DNA of 58,139 bases, counting the filler, from Sphacelaria rigidula (lineage: Eukaryota): assembly GCA_964200075.2 (NCBI GenBank). It is 6 parts of 6 records of this genome, joined end to end, with 100 filler letters (N's around TTAATTAATTAA, not from the genome) between each part and the next. Parts side by side here need not be neighbours in the genome. Positions count along the whole stretch, not along the records: positions 29,124 to 38,729 come from CAXNAA020008114.1; positions 38,830 to 48,434 come from CAXNAA020008115.1; positions 48,535 to 58,139 come from CAXNAA020008116.1; 3 more parts are not named here. One strand, 5' to 3'. Under the pieces are notes generated by a model. The model made no database searches. It saw nothing but the letters and a program-made list of their open reading frames with translations, and had not been told where the DNA came from. The translations under genes and the position numbers were made by a program. The first letter of the stretch is position 1. Every line of letters begins with the position of its first letter. Positions 37,219 through 48,684 of this stretch are shown here, piece after piece.

Positions 37219-37972
37219 GGGCGTGTCTTAGGCCAACCCTAATGAGAGTCGTTCAAAATTCCTGTCGAAGACTGTCTTTTGGGCCCTTCTCCGTCGATTT
37301 ACGCCCGAAAAGAGGGTTAGGCGTATGTTGACGCCTTGGAATTACTTGCTCGGCTCGTTGAGACCGTTTTAGGGCAACTTTTCTTTTCCCGCTGGCCGCA
37401 GTTTGCTTTTTGGCCGTATCAGGCCAAACACGGATTTTCAGTTAAAAAACGGTCAGGGGATCAAACTTTCCCCCTGTTTTTTATCGCCTGGCCGTTTTTT
37501 GTTAGAAATCCGTGTTTGGTCAAAAATGAAAGTGCGGCCAGCGGGAAATGCAAGGTTGCCCTGGAACGGCCTCAATGAGTAGAGCAAGCCACTCCAAGGC
37601 GTCTACTTACGCCTAGCCCTCTTTTCGGGCAAAAAACGAGGGAGGAGGGTCAAAAAAGCAGTTTCAAACAGGAATTTTGAACGGCTTCCGTTAAAGCCGG
37701 TCTTGGCACATTAGTTTTCGATCGATCCAGTGCGGTGGAAAACAAAAATCTCGATCTGATAGATCGTAATTTCAACCATCGTCGTTAATAGTTACACAAT
37801 ATTAACGACGATGGTCGAAATCATGATCTATCAGATCGAGATTTTTGTTTTCCACCGCACGCACTGGATTGTAACTATTAACGACGATGGTTGAAATTAC
37901 GATCTATCAGATCGAGATTTTTGTTTTCCACCGCACTGGATCGATCGAAAACGAATATGCTCAGACACGGCC
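37219..37972. mobile_element. Small palindromic Tourist-like MITE (GGGCGTGTC...GACACGGCC) interrupted by U copy 2; right arm partly duplicated
   Basis: Near-perfect inverted arms ~37716-37798 vs ~37870-37952, with an extra arm copy at ~37800-37860. Confidence 0.75.
37231..37702. mobile_element. Foldback MITE family U, copy 2
   Basis: Same palindromic unit as copy 1 in the opposite orientation; flanks TTA/TTG; splits GGGCGTGTC^TTGGCAC. Confidence 0.8.
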
Positions 37973-38082
37973 GAACACACGCCTTCAGGCCCAAACCGCG
38001 CAAAACGAACGAATTCGATCGGAACAATTCCCCGGAATGATTCCATCGTTTCTCTCGTCACTATCCGGATTTTGTTCGATGA

Positions 38083-38576
38083 GACCGACTCTAACACGGC
38101 CAACTCTAACGAAAGCCATTCAAAATCCCCGTTGAAAACTGGCTTTTCGGGCCCTTCTCCGTCGATCTACCACCGAAAAGAGGGCTAGGCAGATGCTGAC
38201 CCCATGGAATGACTTACTCTACTCGTTGAGATCGTTCCAGAGCAACATTGCTTTTCCCGCTGGCCGTAGTTTTGTTCTTGGCCAAACCAGGTCAAACACG
38301 GATTTCCAGTAAAAAACTGTCATGTGATCAACATTCCCCCCTGTTTTTTGCTCGCTTGGCCGTTTTTCGTTGAAAATCCGTGTTTGGCCAAAAATGAAAG
38401 TGCAGCCAGCGGGAAATGCAAAGTAGCCCTTGAACGGTGTCAATGAGTACTCGTAAAGCAAGTCAATCCAAGGCGTCAATATCCACCCAGCCCTCTTTTC
38501 AGGCGTGAAACGACAGAGAAGGGCCAAAAAGGCAGTTGTGAACAGGAACTTTGAACGTCTCCCATTATAGTCGGTC
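38083..38576. mobile_element. Foldback MITE family U, copy 3
   Basis: GACCGACTCTAA...TATAGTCGGTC with the same internal TTTCCCGCTGGCCG/CAGCGGGAAATG arms. Confidence 0.8.
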
Positions 38577-38729
38577 TAGCGGGAGCCGTTAAGATTTTAT
38601 TTCTCAACAATTTTGAACGGGTGATCACAAAAACGACTGTCATGGAACAAAATCGTCAAGAAACAGCCGATCATCTATGTTGAGGATGGTGCTTTTCATT
38701 GAGGATGAGAACCCGGAGGATTAAAATCT

Positions 38730-38829
38730 NNNNNNNNNNNNNNNNNNNNNNNNNNNNNNNNNNNNNNNNNNNNTTAATTAATTAANNNNNNNNNNNNNNN
38801 NNNNNNNNNNNNNNNNNNNNNNNNNNNNN
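38730..38829. other. Artificial contig linker N44-TTAATTAATTAA-N44
   Basis: Identical 100-bp spacer. Confidence 0.98.
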
Positions 38830-39515
38830 ACCAGTACCCGCACGTACGCATAATTATATCCGTACGTGTGCATGTTCACCCAGTGTACCTGTTCACATGA
38901 ACACACCTCCGACTGAGGAGCACCCGCAGGAGGAGAAAGATTTGAGCATTATTGTGAGTCATTTTGTGCCATTTTGCCTCCATTTCTGGTGCGTTGACAA
39001 CCTCACTGGAACGTGTGTCATGCGGCAAGTCTGAACACTCGCTTGATGCACTCTTGTATCAGAGTCTAATATAGCGTGAAAGTTGCACAGATCACAATGA
39101 TTGACACTGGAATCGACACGAAATCCGGATATATATATCGCTCGCGGTCAGACCATTTAATATGTCGATGTGCACAAATATTATTCTTGTGGCAGCTGTA
39201 ACTAAATCCATGGACGTCTACAATAGGGATTTAGCATGACACTTTTCCCCCCATTGTCAGGCACACGCGATAAGGTATCTCCTAAGCCACTACTGAGGCA
39301 TTCTTACCCACCCGCAACATCCAACACCGTGCGCCCAGCGTGATCAGTAGGCTGGCACACAGTGCAGTATAAACTAGACTGAAGGGTGCGGGGAAATCAT
39401 ATAATTGTAGTAGAGTGCACAAGCATGGTTTGGTGAAATTTGTTTTGCAGCGAAACCCTACTCGCGGTACTAGATTTTTGCCGTGTGTTATTCTCCCAAT
39501 GTCTTATTGATGCAG

Positions 39516-42500
39516 GTGGTGTGCGGAGTGTGCCACTCCTACAGTGCTCATTTGTACGAGGTCCTCGGTTCCGAGTTGGGGGGTACGGACGGCATGACAA
39601 TGAAGAGCAGCTTCTGCTCCGAGTATGTTAGCGCCTGCGAAGATCAGATTGTACTCTCCGCAGACTACTGCGAGGTGCACACTGGAGGTGGCGAGGACTT
39701 GTACTGGTCATACCCGTACGTTGAGCGTGAGTACATCCACGGGGGTCAGTTAGAGTGCGACAATCGAAATCAATCAATCAAATAATCAAACGTCCAGAAG
39801 GGCATGTGTGCTGCACAATCGACAGAGAGTAGCCCACCTGATGTTTTTGTATGGTACCGCGGGACTCGGTTTGATTTCCTCGTCGCATCGGGTACAGGAT
39901 GAAGTGTGTGAGCTTTCAATCGCGACATTTTCGGATTGCTCGACGGCCGATTCCGTACACATGATTACAATCAGCAATTTTTGAGAATGTAATCGGCCAA
40001 ACTGACGTAATGCACGACGATGTGTTATCAATCGAACAAATTTGGCGCGCATTGCGAGAAAATGCCTAAGTTGTGTTGGTAGGATAAACCAGCGTTGAAT
40101 CTGACGATACCCTGATGTTGAGTCATATTGAGAGGCCACGCTTTCCGCGCTGAATCTGTTCCCCTCTTCGATACTCCGTACTCGCCAAACATCTGCAGCC
40201 GAGATAGCCGAATCTGGACTCATGGAACTTTTCAGCTTCGACCTTCCTGATAATCCCATGGCCATGCACATGAGCCCCGACGGTAGCGTTTGGTGGGTCG
40301 CTCACCTCATTGGACAGTTGATTGAGGTACGTACATATAAGTATGAAGGGCGCAAACCGCCGATCCATGGAGTGGTGCCAAAGAGGTGAACGTAATCATC
40401 GGTGCGTGGTGCTCACCGTGATTACTTTATTTGACCTCTCGAATCTTCCGTGGAGGGGGTCAGCATGGCTTCCGCTCTCGCACAACATAGCCGACTTGCC
40501 GCCCTGAAAGCCACAATGGATACGCTACCACTGGTGTTCGCAGTAGAAACTCCTGTTGCTCGTGATCGCCACTTCTGAGTAGCGTGTGTTGCCAATCAAT
40601 GCACATTTTTTGTTGTTCCATATCGAAATCTACGCCCTGAAAAACGCACTTTTTTCGGGGATATCAACGTTGAAAATGCTCCATATGTGTATGCGCAGGT
40701 GTCCACCGATTCCTTGGACTCGTTCTCCACGGTCGTGGATCTAGCAGATAGGAGTGACTTCTATGTGGACTATGAGGAGGTATTGTACGAGCGTTGTTGG
40801 CTGGCTGCCTTGGCAGTTTAGGTAGCTCCTCTACGCAACAAGGGGAGCTTGAGCGACACCGTGCTCAATATATACAGTATCTTGATCATGATGTACGGCT
40901 AGGCTGTCCACACAACACCGTTGTTCTTGGCGTTGTCGCTGTGGCACTGCATTTGCTCCTATTTCGCGTGCGATCCAGCTGCCAGCCCTCTTTTCTCGTG
41001 CGTTATCCCTTTCTCGTATAATCTCAGCGGCATGTCATTCGTTCATCATTTTCCCCCCCTGTGCTCGTGATCCGCTACTCATCGTGGCAGGGGCTTATTG
41101 ACTTCGCATTCGGACCGGTATTCCACAGCAACAACCGTTTCTACGCCAGCTACTCGTATTCCGATGCCGTGAGTACTCGTGTTTCTTACGCCAAACAGGC
41201 TACAGCTTGTTGAGTGGGATAGACGTGGGGAGAGGCGGATCATTGGTTCATCGGTAATTGCTTGCCATGCATGACATCGTAGTCTCAACACATGTCGCCA
41301 CACCTTTGTTGTGTTTCAACACCATTCAATCTCGCGGGGTCTTGCCGTCGTGCCCACGTCCTCTGTCGTTCTGTTATCAGGCTGGCGTGTACAATCGCCT
41401 GTCCATGTTTGAGTATTCGGCTACTGCCGCCGCAACTTTGGCTTCAGAGGAGATATACGTCGAGAGCTCCGTGAGGTCTTCGGCTATCCACGCCGGAGGC
41501 TGGGTTGGATTCAAGCCTTCAGACTACGGCAGTGTGAGTGCTTGGTACTAGAAGAGGATGATGTAAAGGGATTATCAAGCGCGTCCTGAAGAACGAAGAC
41601 AACCGTGACTACGGTGAACATCGTTTGGGCTGAAAAGCAGCGCTGAGTAATCCTACGATCGGGGGGCGTACGGGGAGGGGGGGATTTTGGGGTGGCTATT
41701 GCTTCCACCAAAGCAGCAACACTTTTCGGTCGTTACCGATAAACAACACTCAATCACACCGCTTGACACCGTTTTCACCCCAATGCAAGCGCACCGCGAG
41801 TGTGTTGAAAGTCTAACACACCCTTGAATCTTCTTTCGTAGCATCAACCCCCCCTCGATGGTGGGATACCCATATGAGGCAGTGTATAAGACGTGGCTAT
41901 CTCTGGAAGTGGCGATACCAGACGAAAAACAACTCATTGGGGGCTGTCATCTAAATGCAAAATAATCAGTAGGCTTCGGGCCAAACAGTCTTAGCAGGAT
42001 GCAGCTCACCCTTCATGCGACTCGCCGAACACACCACGGCGCTTCACGCTTTGTAGGGATGCGAGGTCAATGGTCTTATGACTATGGCATGCATAATCAT
42101 GAGTACCCCCCCCCCTCTCCTATCGTAAGATCACTCCGCTGGCAACATGTCCACCCTATGAGTAGTATTTCGTCGGCGCAGGTGTCTGTATCTATTTCAT
42201 TGGCATGTACTGGAGGGAGCAATGTTTGTCTGCAATGAAACGACCATACGTACATTACCGAGGATCTCTCGAATGCTGCGTGCAATTGTCGCCAACACAG
42301 GGCACGGCTCACGACCTTTACTGGAGCAACGGTGACTCCGGGCCGCAAGAGGATACCGATGAGCATGGACAAAACCTCGACGATATCCACGCCACTATCG
42401 TCCGGATCACTGTCCCTACAACGGGCACGGGCTACACCATTCCTTCTGGCAACGTGGAGGGTGGTACGCGACTAATTAGGGGTTCCAACCGTGATCTTAG

Positions 42501-45500
42501 TGGCCGTTACATCTCATTCACTCGTGTACGGTACTTCTCGCGAACAAGGTTATGACGCAATGGGCGGCAGATTGCTATAAAACGTTGATATTTTGTGCAC
42601 CCTCCTGCGAATAACCTCGTCGCGACAGGCTTGCCCGAGATCTGCGCGTATGGCTTCCGAAACCCCTTCCGGTGCGGCTTTGATAGCGCAACGGATGACC
42701 TCTACTGTGGTGACGTCGGTCACACGCTCATCGAATCCGTCAAGCTGATTGAGTGAGTTTTGGGGAAGCAAGGACACAATAGCCTCTCTCCGCAACAGGT
42801 TCGCGGTAGAGGTGCAGTAACCAAGGAATCCTCGTTGTAGTTGCGTGCTCAATGGCGTACTTACAGCACCCCGCATGTACAAATATACCGTCTTGCACCA
42901 TGTTACTGTTGAACACGGCTTGTATTCTCAATGTATCTGTGTGCTTATCATGGTAGATGTGGTAACAACTACGGATGGAGCCGATTCGAAGGAAGCCGTT
43001 GTCAAGAAGCCGCTGAAGACCGTCTCGGCCCTTGCGATGGAGTGGATCGTTCGGGCTTCACCTTCCCCATCTTCGAGTATTGCCATCCCGACTACGACTC
43101 GTCCGTCGCTTCTGAGGATGCCTTCACAGACGGCGTGGACATATGTGCTGCCACAACCTTGAGAGGAAACGCCGTGATCGGTAATTCTGGTCGTGCAACG
43201 AGTAGTAAATTGACGAGCAAGCACATATGTAGTTGGTATATCGTAGAAGCACGGCTGTGCGGGTGCATATTGTATCTCGGGCCTTACAAAACCGGTTTTC
43301 GTGATCATTCGGGTCAACCCGCATTTGAATCCGTCTGTGCTATTGCGTCCCTACTCCGTCATCAAACGAGTTTGTGTTCGACAGTATGGTTGCTTGTGGT
43401 CCCTTTATCTACAGTGTCATGAGAATTCATGAAAACGCATTCTCTGTCACCAAACGAGGTCATTTTCGCGGACATACACGGGAACATGGGGCCAAAAGTG
43501 AATTTCGCCGATAACACTTTTCATTTTCACTGTTGTGTGCGGTCATTGTCGCCAGAGTTGAATCATTGTCGCCGGAATGCGGTCACGTTGCTTCTCCCAA
43601 CTGTCACTCCTTCAACTGTTTGTTCGTTCAGGTGGCTACGTTTACCGGGGACAGTTCTATGAGGAAGTACTGGGCGGGGCCTACGTCTTTGGTGACCAGC
43701 AAAACGGGTGAGTATCTGTTCTGGTCTTACAATATCGTCACAAAGGTCTATAGAAGGCCCATTACCTATGAAAGGTCGGAGGAAACCACACTGTAAGCCG
43801 GTGACGACCGTTGGCATAGGACCAAACATTTCGAAAATCGATCCCGTCTGAACCGCTTGTGAGGGTGGGTTACGCCGTGCAGTGGCGTCAGCATGCTATC
43901 GTATGAAGTCAGTGATTTGCCAGAATGCTTACGGTCACGATATTGAGGTATTATACGCTTACTTCAACATGCACTTGCGTGCCTGGGTATTTGAGTGATC
44001 AACCCTGTAGGTGTACGCGCATTAAGAACCATCAATTTATCAGATTTGCGCCATGTTCATCACAACGTACTGCCGACCGAACCTCGAGCATGCTTAGTTT
44101 CCATCAGAAAGCGCTGGGCCTTGACTGATTGTTATTTTATGGTCAACTCACACTACGAATTGTGACACCATGTCGCGCAGTTTTGTCGCCGACATGAATG
44201 ATATCATCCTGCTCTTCCGTGGAGGTGAAGAGCACGCAAGATGCGCTACCGGCAAATACTTGCTTGACCCTTGTGGAACCCATTGGCGATTTTCGTTCGT
44301 ATGAATTGGCATAATTTTCAGTCATGTTCAGTCAAACTGATGCCGATTCATAGAAACAAAAATCGTCAATGGGTTCCCAAAGGGTTAACATCATTTGTGT
44401 GCGATAGTCTATTGATGCCGGGCCGACCTCATTCGTTTTATGGTTTCGTGGTTTTGCAGGAATATTTACTTCTTGGTGGAAGAAGGTGACTCGTTGACGG
44501 TGGGCACGATTGTCAGCGATGGAAGCGCGTCGGTCATTTCTTTTTCAGAGGACAACGATGTGAGTGCAGGATACCTCGTACTTTCGAAGGGCAGATCGTG
44601 TAGGGTGTATGTACTCCGTACCCGGTAATTAAAACAGCCATACTATCAGTACCCGAACATTTGGGTAAAGTATTAAAATCGTCCCCAATCTACCAAAGTA
44701 TTAGAAATCGTGCCCAACTTACCCAAAAAATGGGTAAAAGTATTTGAGACCGTGCCAAATCTACTCAAACTTTGGGGAAAGTGAGTACCCGGGGATTTTA
44801 CCCAGGTATTTAAAAGTGCATATCATTGAGCCGCCGCGCCCCGGTGGTGTAATGGTCCGATTGTCGCCATTAGGGTGGAGAGAACGGGCGTTTGATTCCC
44901 GATGCGTTGGATTTTTTCTTCCGTAATGTTTGATTTGCACCGTGGAGAGCGTGAGAACGTGCGTAAACAAAGTAGTCGACTGGGTTTGAGTGGCATCAGT
45001 TGACGCGGTGCGGGAGTGCTGATCCAATCCGCGAGACCAGAATGAAAGGCACGTACCGGGGGAGAGATGGGTTGATCGCTTGAGACCACGGGCTTATCCC
45101 GAGGCAGGGGAGGGGTTCAAAGTGCAAGGGAAAAACAAAACCCTAACCGACCTGCGTTGATACTCTCTACGCTGAATTGACAGGGTGGTTGATTCATCTC
45201 GTTGCAACTGTGCCATTGCCATAACAACATACCAGTAGTGCAGTCACCGTAGCATCTATGACTCTAGGGACGGTTTTCTATTGCGCAAAACTCAAAGCGT
45301 GTGTATTTCACCTCAAGTTCGACATCAAGTCTCATCAGGATAGATGATGAGCGAGAATGAAGGCTTACCAAGAAGGTGTTCATGTGTCGATCGCTGACAG
45401 GACTCTAATCGCAAAACAAGCGAGGTTTCAATTAATACTGTGATGAAGGGCGATACCAACGGTTGGACAGTACTACTTTTGTACCTGGGTGAGAACTGCC

Positions 45501-46543
45501 CACCCACAGCGGGACCTCTTTTTTTGAACCGCAGCCTTGCAGGTCGTCTTTAATGGAAGTTAATTCATTCAGCTCTGCAGTAATGGTGACAGTTTCGCGA
45601 CGCCGCTAAGCCTTCATTCACGTATCATTTGCACGTGAAATTGTACCCATTTGCGCCAGGGCGAGCTGTACTTCATTACTCAGCAAGGCAGTATTTACGC
45701 TGTGCCGTGCGGAGACTTGTGCTCAGGGACCTGCCTGGATCAATCTGATGACATGCCAACTTACACGGTAAGTGGTCGACCTGAATCTAAGTATGCGTAA
45801 TACAACGTGCTTGATGGATTCTGTTCTGCTGTTTGGTTCTGGGACCCACAAGGATATCATACACTTGTGCACTTTCCTGTGCGTCGTGTTAGCGCCAAAA
45901 CCCGAGCCCGACCTAGCACAACCAGATTGTGTACAACGATATTTGCTCATGCGGATAGCACCACTCGGTCTACTGTGTTGTGAACCCTAAAAGTCGGTGG
46001 ATGTCCCTTCTCCGCTCCAGTTTTCATACGGCGCACAGGTAATAACAATATCCAATCCTCGATTTTGTTTTTATTCTCTTTTTCTTGACTCAGTCGTTGG
46101 GATGCTACGCGGACACGGACAACCGTGCACTCACGCTTGCAGAAGGAAGCTGTGCACCCGGCCAACGTGCCATGTCTCCGTCGGTAAGAGTCACACAGGC
46201 ACCTGCTTCTGACCGTTGTATTGGCCGGCACTCCAGCACTTCGTATGGTTGTTCCAGCGTGTCAAATGCTTGAAACTGTACGTGCCTTGGGTTAGAGTTC
46301 GGTATGGTCCATAGTAGTGTGCGCCGTGCGAAACCGTCATGGTAGTAATGCGATTCATGCGCAAAATGATGTCGGTTTGGCTCCATTGTAATGGCTAATG
46401 GGAGACGCTTAATAATAGGCCTCCATGGTATCAGTTACAAGCTGCTGCTACATTCTCTGTCTTCATGCTCGTTACAGATTTGCGCTGCCTACTGTTCGAC
46501 TATCGCGGGCGCCACAATCTTCTCCGTCCAATTCTATCACCAG
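39516..46543 (+). CDS. Partial multi-exon gene: HHIP/HIPL1-like protein (Cys-rich folate-receptor-like domain + glucose/sorbosone dehydrogenase beta-propeller) with C-terminal WSC domain
   Basis: Exons 39516-39726, 40199-40326, 40699-40779, 41091-41168, 41381-41533, 42301-42463, 42629-42752, 42957-43180, 43632-43707, 44460-44559, 45660-45767, 46094-46183 and 46478-46543 splice in frame (1602 nt, 534 aa). Motifs: CGVCHSYSAHLY, EEGLIDFAFGP, HAGGWVGF, LYWSNGDSG, PEICAYGFRNPFRCGFD, LYCGDVG, NYGWSRFEG, GGYVYRG, SFSEDNDGELY; WSC SLGCYAD...MSPSICAAYC. Confidence 0.93.
44837..45145 (+). mobile_element. tRNA-derived SINE (family B) in intron
   Basis: Head CGCCCCGGTGGTGTAATGG (A box), degenerate B box CGTTTGATTCCC, A-rich end; its 3' tail recurs at 52008-52086. 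Confidence 0.65.
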
Positions 46544-48366
46544 GTGACTACAATGATGAAGTGCCTTGGCATACCTTTTTGTACGTATCCTGTGTGTGTA
46601 GTGAAGAAACACGATGCCACTATCAGGTATTTTGCTCGAATTTTGTGCTTTTATCGATAGCCTAGTGTTATACAAAGTCGACGAGCCAAGAATGTACTGT
46701 CCCACTCCGCTCGCAACCGTAGCGGTGTTCGCGCAACGCGACGACCTTCGTGAACTCAGCTAAGGCTCTCACGCTGGAGGCCTACGTGGCATGGGGATGT
46801 CATATCTATCTGGGATATCAGTATTCATCCTTGATGTCTATCTGAAAATATCCGTTTCACAGATGAACGTCCACCTGGGATGTCCATTTGAAATATCGGA
46901 TTCGTCCGTGATATCAGTTGACACAGGGATCATCTCAACGTCGGCTATCCCAAATAGATTCCAGATGAGTATCCCAGAGGAATATCCCACATGATTGTCC
47001 CAGATGGATATCGAAGTAGTATCCCAGAGGATATTCACATCCTAGGTGGAGGTTGCACGATAATTCAATATCGTTGCGGCGAGAGACCCGCATGGGTGCA
47101 AGTGCAAGAACTGCATTATTCATTTTTCTGGGGCGGATCCCAGACGTGGAGCGTAGGCTACACTTTTTCGCGAATTATGTCGATTTTGACTAGTACTATT
47201 ATGCCTATTGCACGAACTTTGTTGTCCATAGAAATGTTGAAAGGTCGGGTCAAATGGTTTACGCCACGTTTGTTGGTCGCATTTGTTTGTTGATTTTCTG
47301 CGTGCGAAGTGCTTTTGTGGTTCGGCTTCCGACGACTACGAGCAACACGGCAGCTTGCCCGAATCTGACTGCAGCTTCCCGTGTACTACCTTTCCGAGCG
47401 AGCTATGCGGCGGATACTACGCTCAGGAGGTGCGCTGTACATACATCTACTAGCGTAGCGAGACCATCAACCTCCGCACGAACACGGGTCAGAACGATAC
47501 TTGAATTAGCCTTTTGTTTCTGATTCTGCTTCCTGCCCTGTGTTGTATTTAATTTGCCAACGGCGGTGATGAGGGTGGTCCCGTAATCGATGTCGAGTGA
47601 AAATTTAAGTTATCTTTGCAAGGTTGTGTTCTGTCGGGTAAAAGTATGCTCGGTAGGGTATCAGATTTCGTCCAAAACTTACAAAACCTGTCGGGTACGG
47701 TGTGGAGGTCGTGACGACTATTACTCGCAACCGGGTATTTCCACGATAGGTATTGTCATACCCGGTGTGAGTATTTTATACAGCTCTAATGTAATGTGGG
47801 AAGTATTTGTGGCTTGTGTTTGGGGCTCTTCACTTCGACCGAACAAAAATCAAGCAGCCTCTTCTGCAAGCAGAGTGCTCAGGAAATGAAGGGCTGGGTA
47901 AGCTTGGGAGAGTGATTGCGAGGGCGGTAGGGGCCACCGATTCCAAGCATACTCAATCCTGGAACAAAAAGCAAAGACCCCTACGCACGTAGGATTCAAT
48001 CGTATCATCTAATTCAACGCCGCTAATGGTGACGCGGTAGCCTTCCCAGTTCTTTAGCTTGGATCAACTGCGAACTTGCACACAAGATATCTTTCAGCTT
48101 ACGTGGCCTAAATACTCTGCTGAAGTATCTTTCATTGACAAATTATGGCAACACGCCTACTCCAGCAATATCCTACTTGAAATGTCATTCAGACAAGGAG
48201 ACCATAAATCAACACGAAAGAGGTACTCTCCGTGAAAAGGATACGAATGAAATTGTCTTAGATGGTTCGTTGTTTCGTTGAACCGTAACAGATTGTACCA
48301 CTGTCTTTTGTTGCATCGACTTCATTGAAACACAATGAATAAAGATTGCATCGTCTGAAAACCGGT

Positions 48367-48434
48367 CGCCCCGGTGGCTCAGTTGGTAACCTCGAAACCC
48401 TCTGACGGTTGGGTCGTGGTTTCAATTCTCGGAG
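48367..48434 (+). mobile_element. tRNA-derived SINE family A head, truncated by contig end
   Basis: CGCCCCGGTGGCTCAGTTGGTAACCTCGAAACCCTCTGACGGTTGGGTCGTGGTTTCAATTCTCGGAG is nearly identical to 34942-35009. Confidence 0.8.
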
Positions 48435-48534
48435 NNNNNNNNNNNNNNNNNNNNNNNNNNNNNNNNNNNNNNNNNNNNTTAATTAATTAANNNNNNNNNN
48501 NNNNNNNNNNNNNNNNNNNNNNNNNNNNNNNNNN
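48435..48534. other. Artificial contig linker N44-TTAATTAATTAA-N44
   Basis: Identical 100-bp spacer. Confidence 0.98.
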
Positions 48535-48684
48535 GACTGATATGGGCGTTATAGCTGATTTCGGATTGCTACACGCCTCTCATGAGGGTGAAGTTGCTGC
48601 AAACGAACCCAATAGTGGGATCGCAGCCGGTTCGTTGGATGGTGCCGGTACACTTTTTGTGGGGGGGCTATCTCGGCATTAGTC
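48535..48684. mobile_element. Right part of a second copy of the 20534-20780 MITE
   Basis: Aligns by eye to ~20638-20780 and ends in the same GGGGGGGCTATCTCGGCATTAGTC. Confidence 0.9.

Larger units (their letters stand above)
34575..37984. mobile_element. Harbinger/Tourist-like TIR element (GGGCGTGTCTTGGCAC...TTCGATCGA) hosting nested insertions
   Basis: Left TIR at 34575. The right TIR appears split: TTTTTCGATCGGAGAAAAAAGTGC (~36751-36774) and CACACGCCT (37976-37984). Flanks CCA/TCA. Superfamily is inferred from GGG/GGC termini and ~3-bp flanks. Confidence 0.6.

Noticed and set aside
36778..38576. CRISPR-like or regularly spaced repeat array
   Set aside because: Units are ~450-bp palindromic MITEs with no unique spacers and no cas genes; the context is eukaryotic.
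10619..46543. FN3 gene and HIPL-WSC gene forming a cell-surface gene cluster
   Set aside because: They lie on different, artificially joined contigs.
44601..47788. One hAT element (TAGGGTGTAT...ATACAGCTCTA) capturing three host exons
   Set aside because: Termini match only loosely and the 8-bp flanks (AGATCGTG vs ATGTAATG) differ; more likely two separate MITE fragments in different introns.
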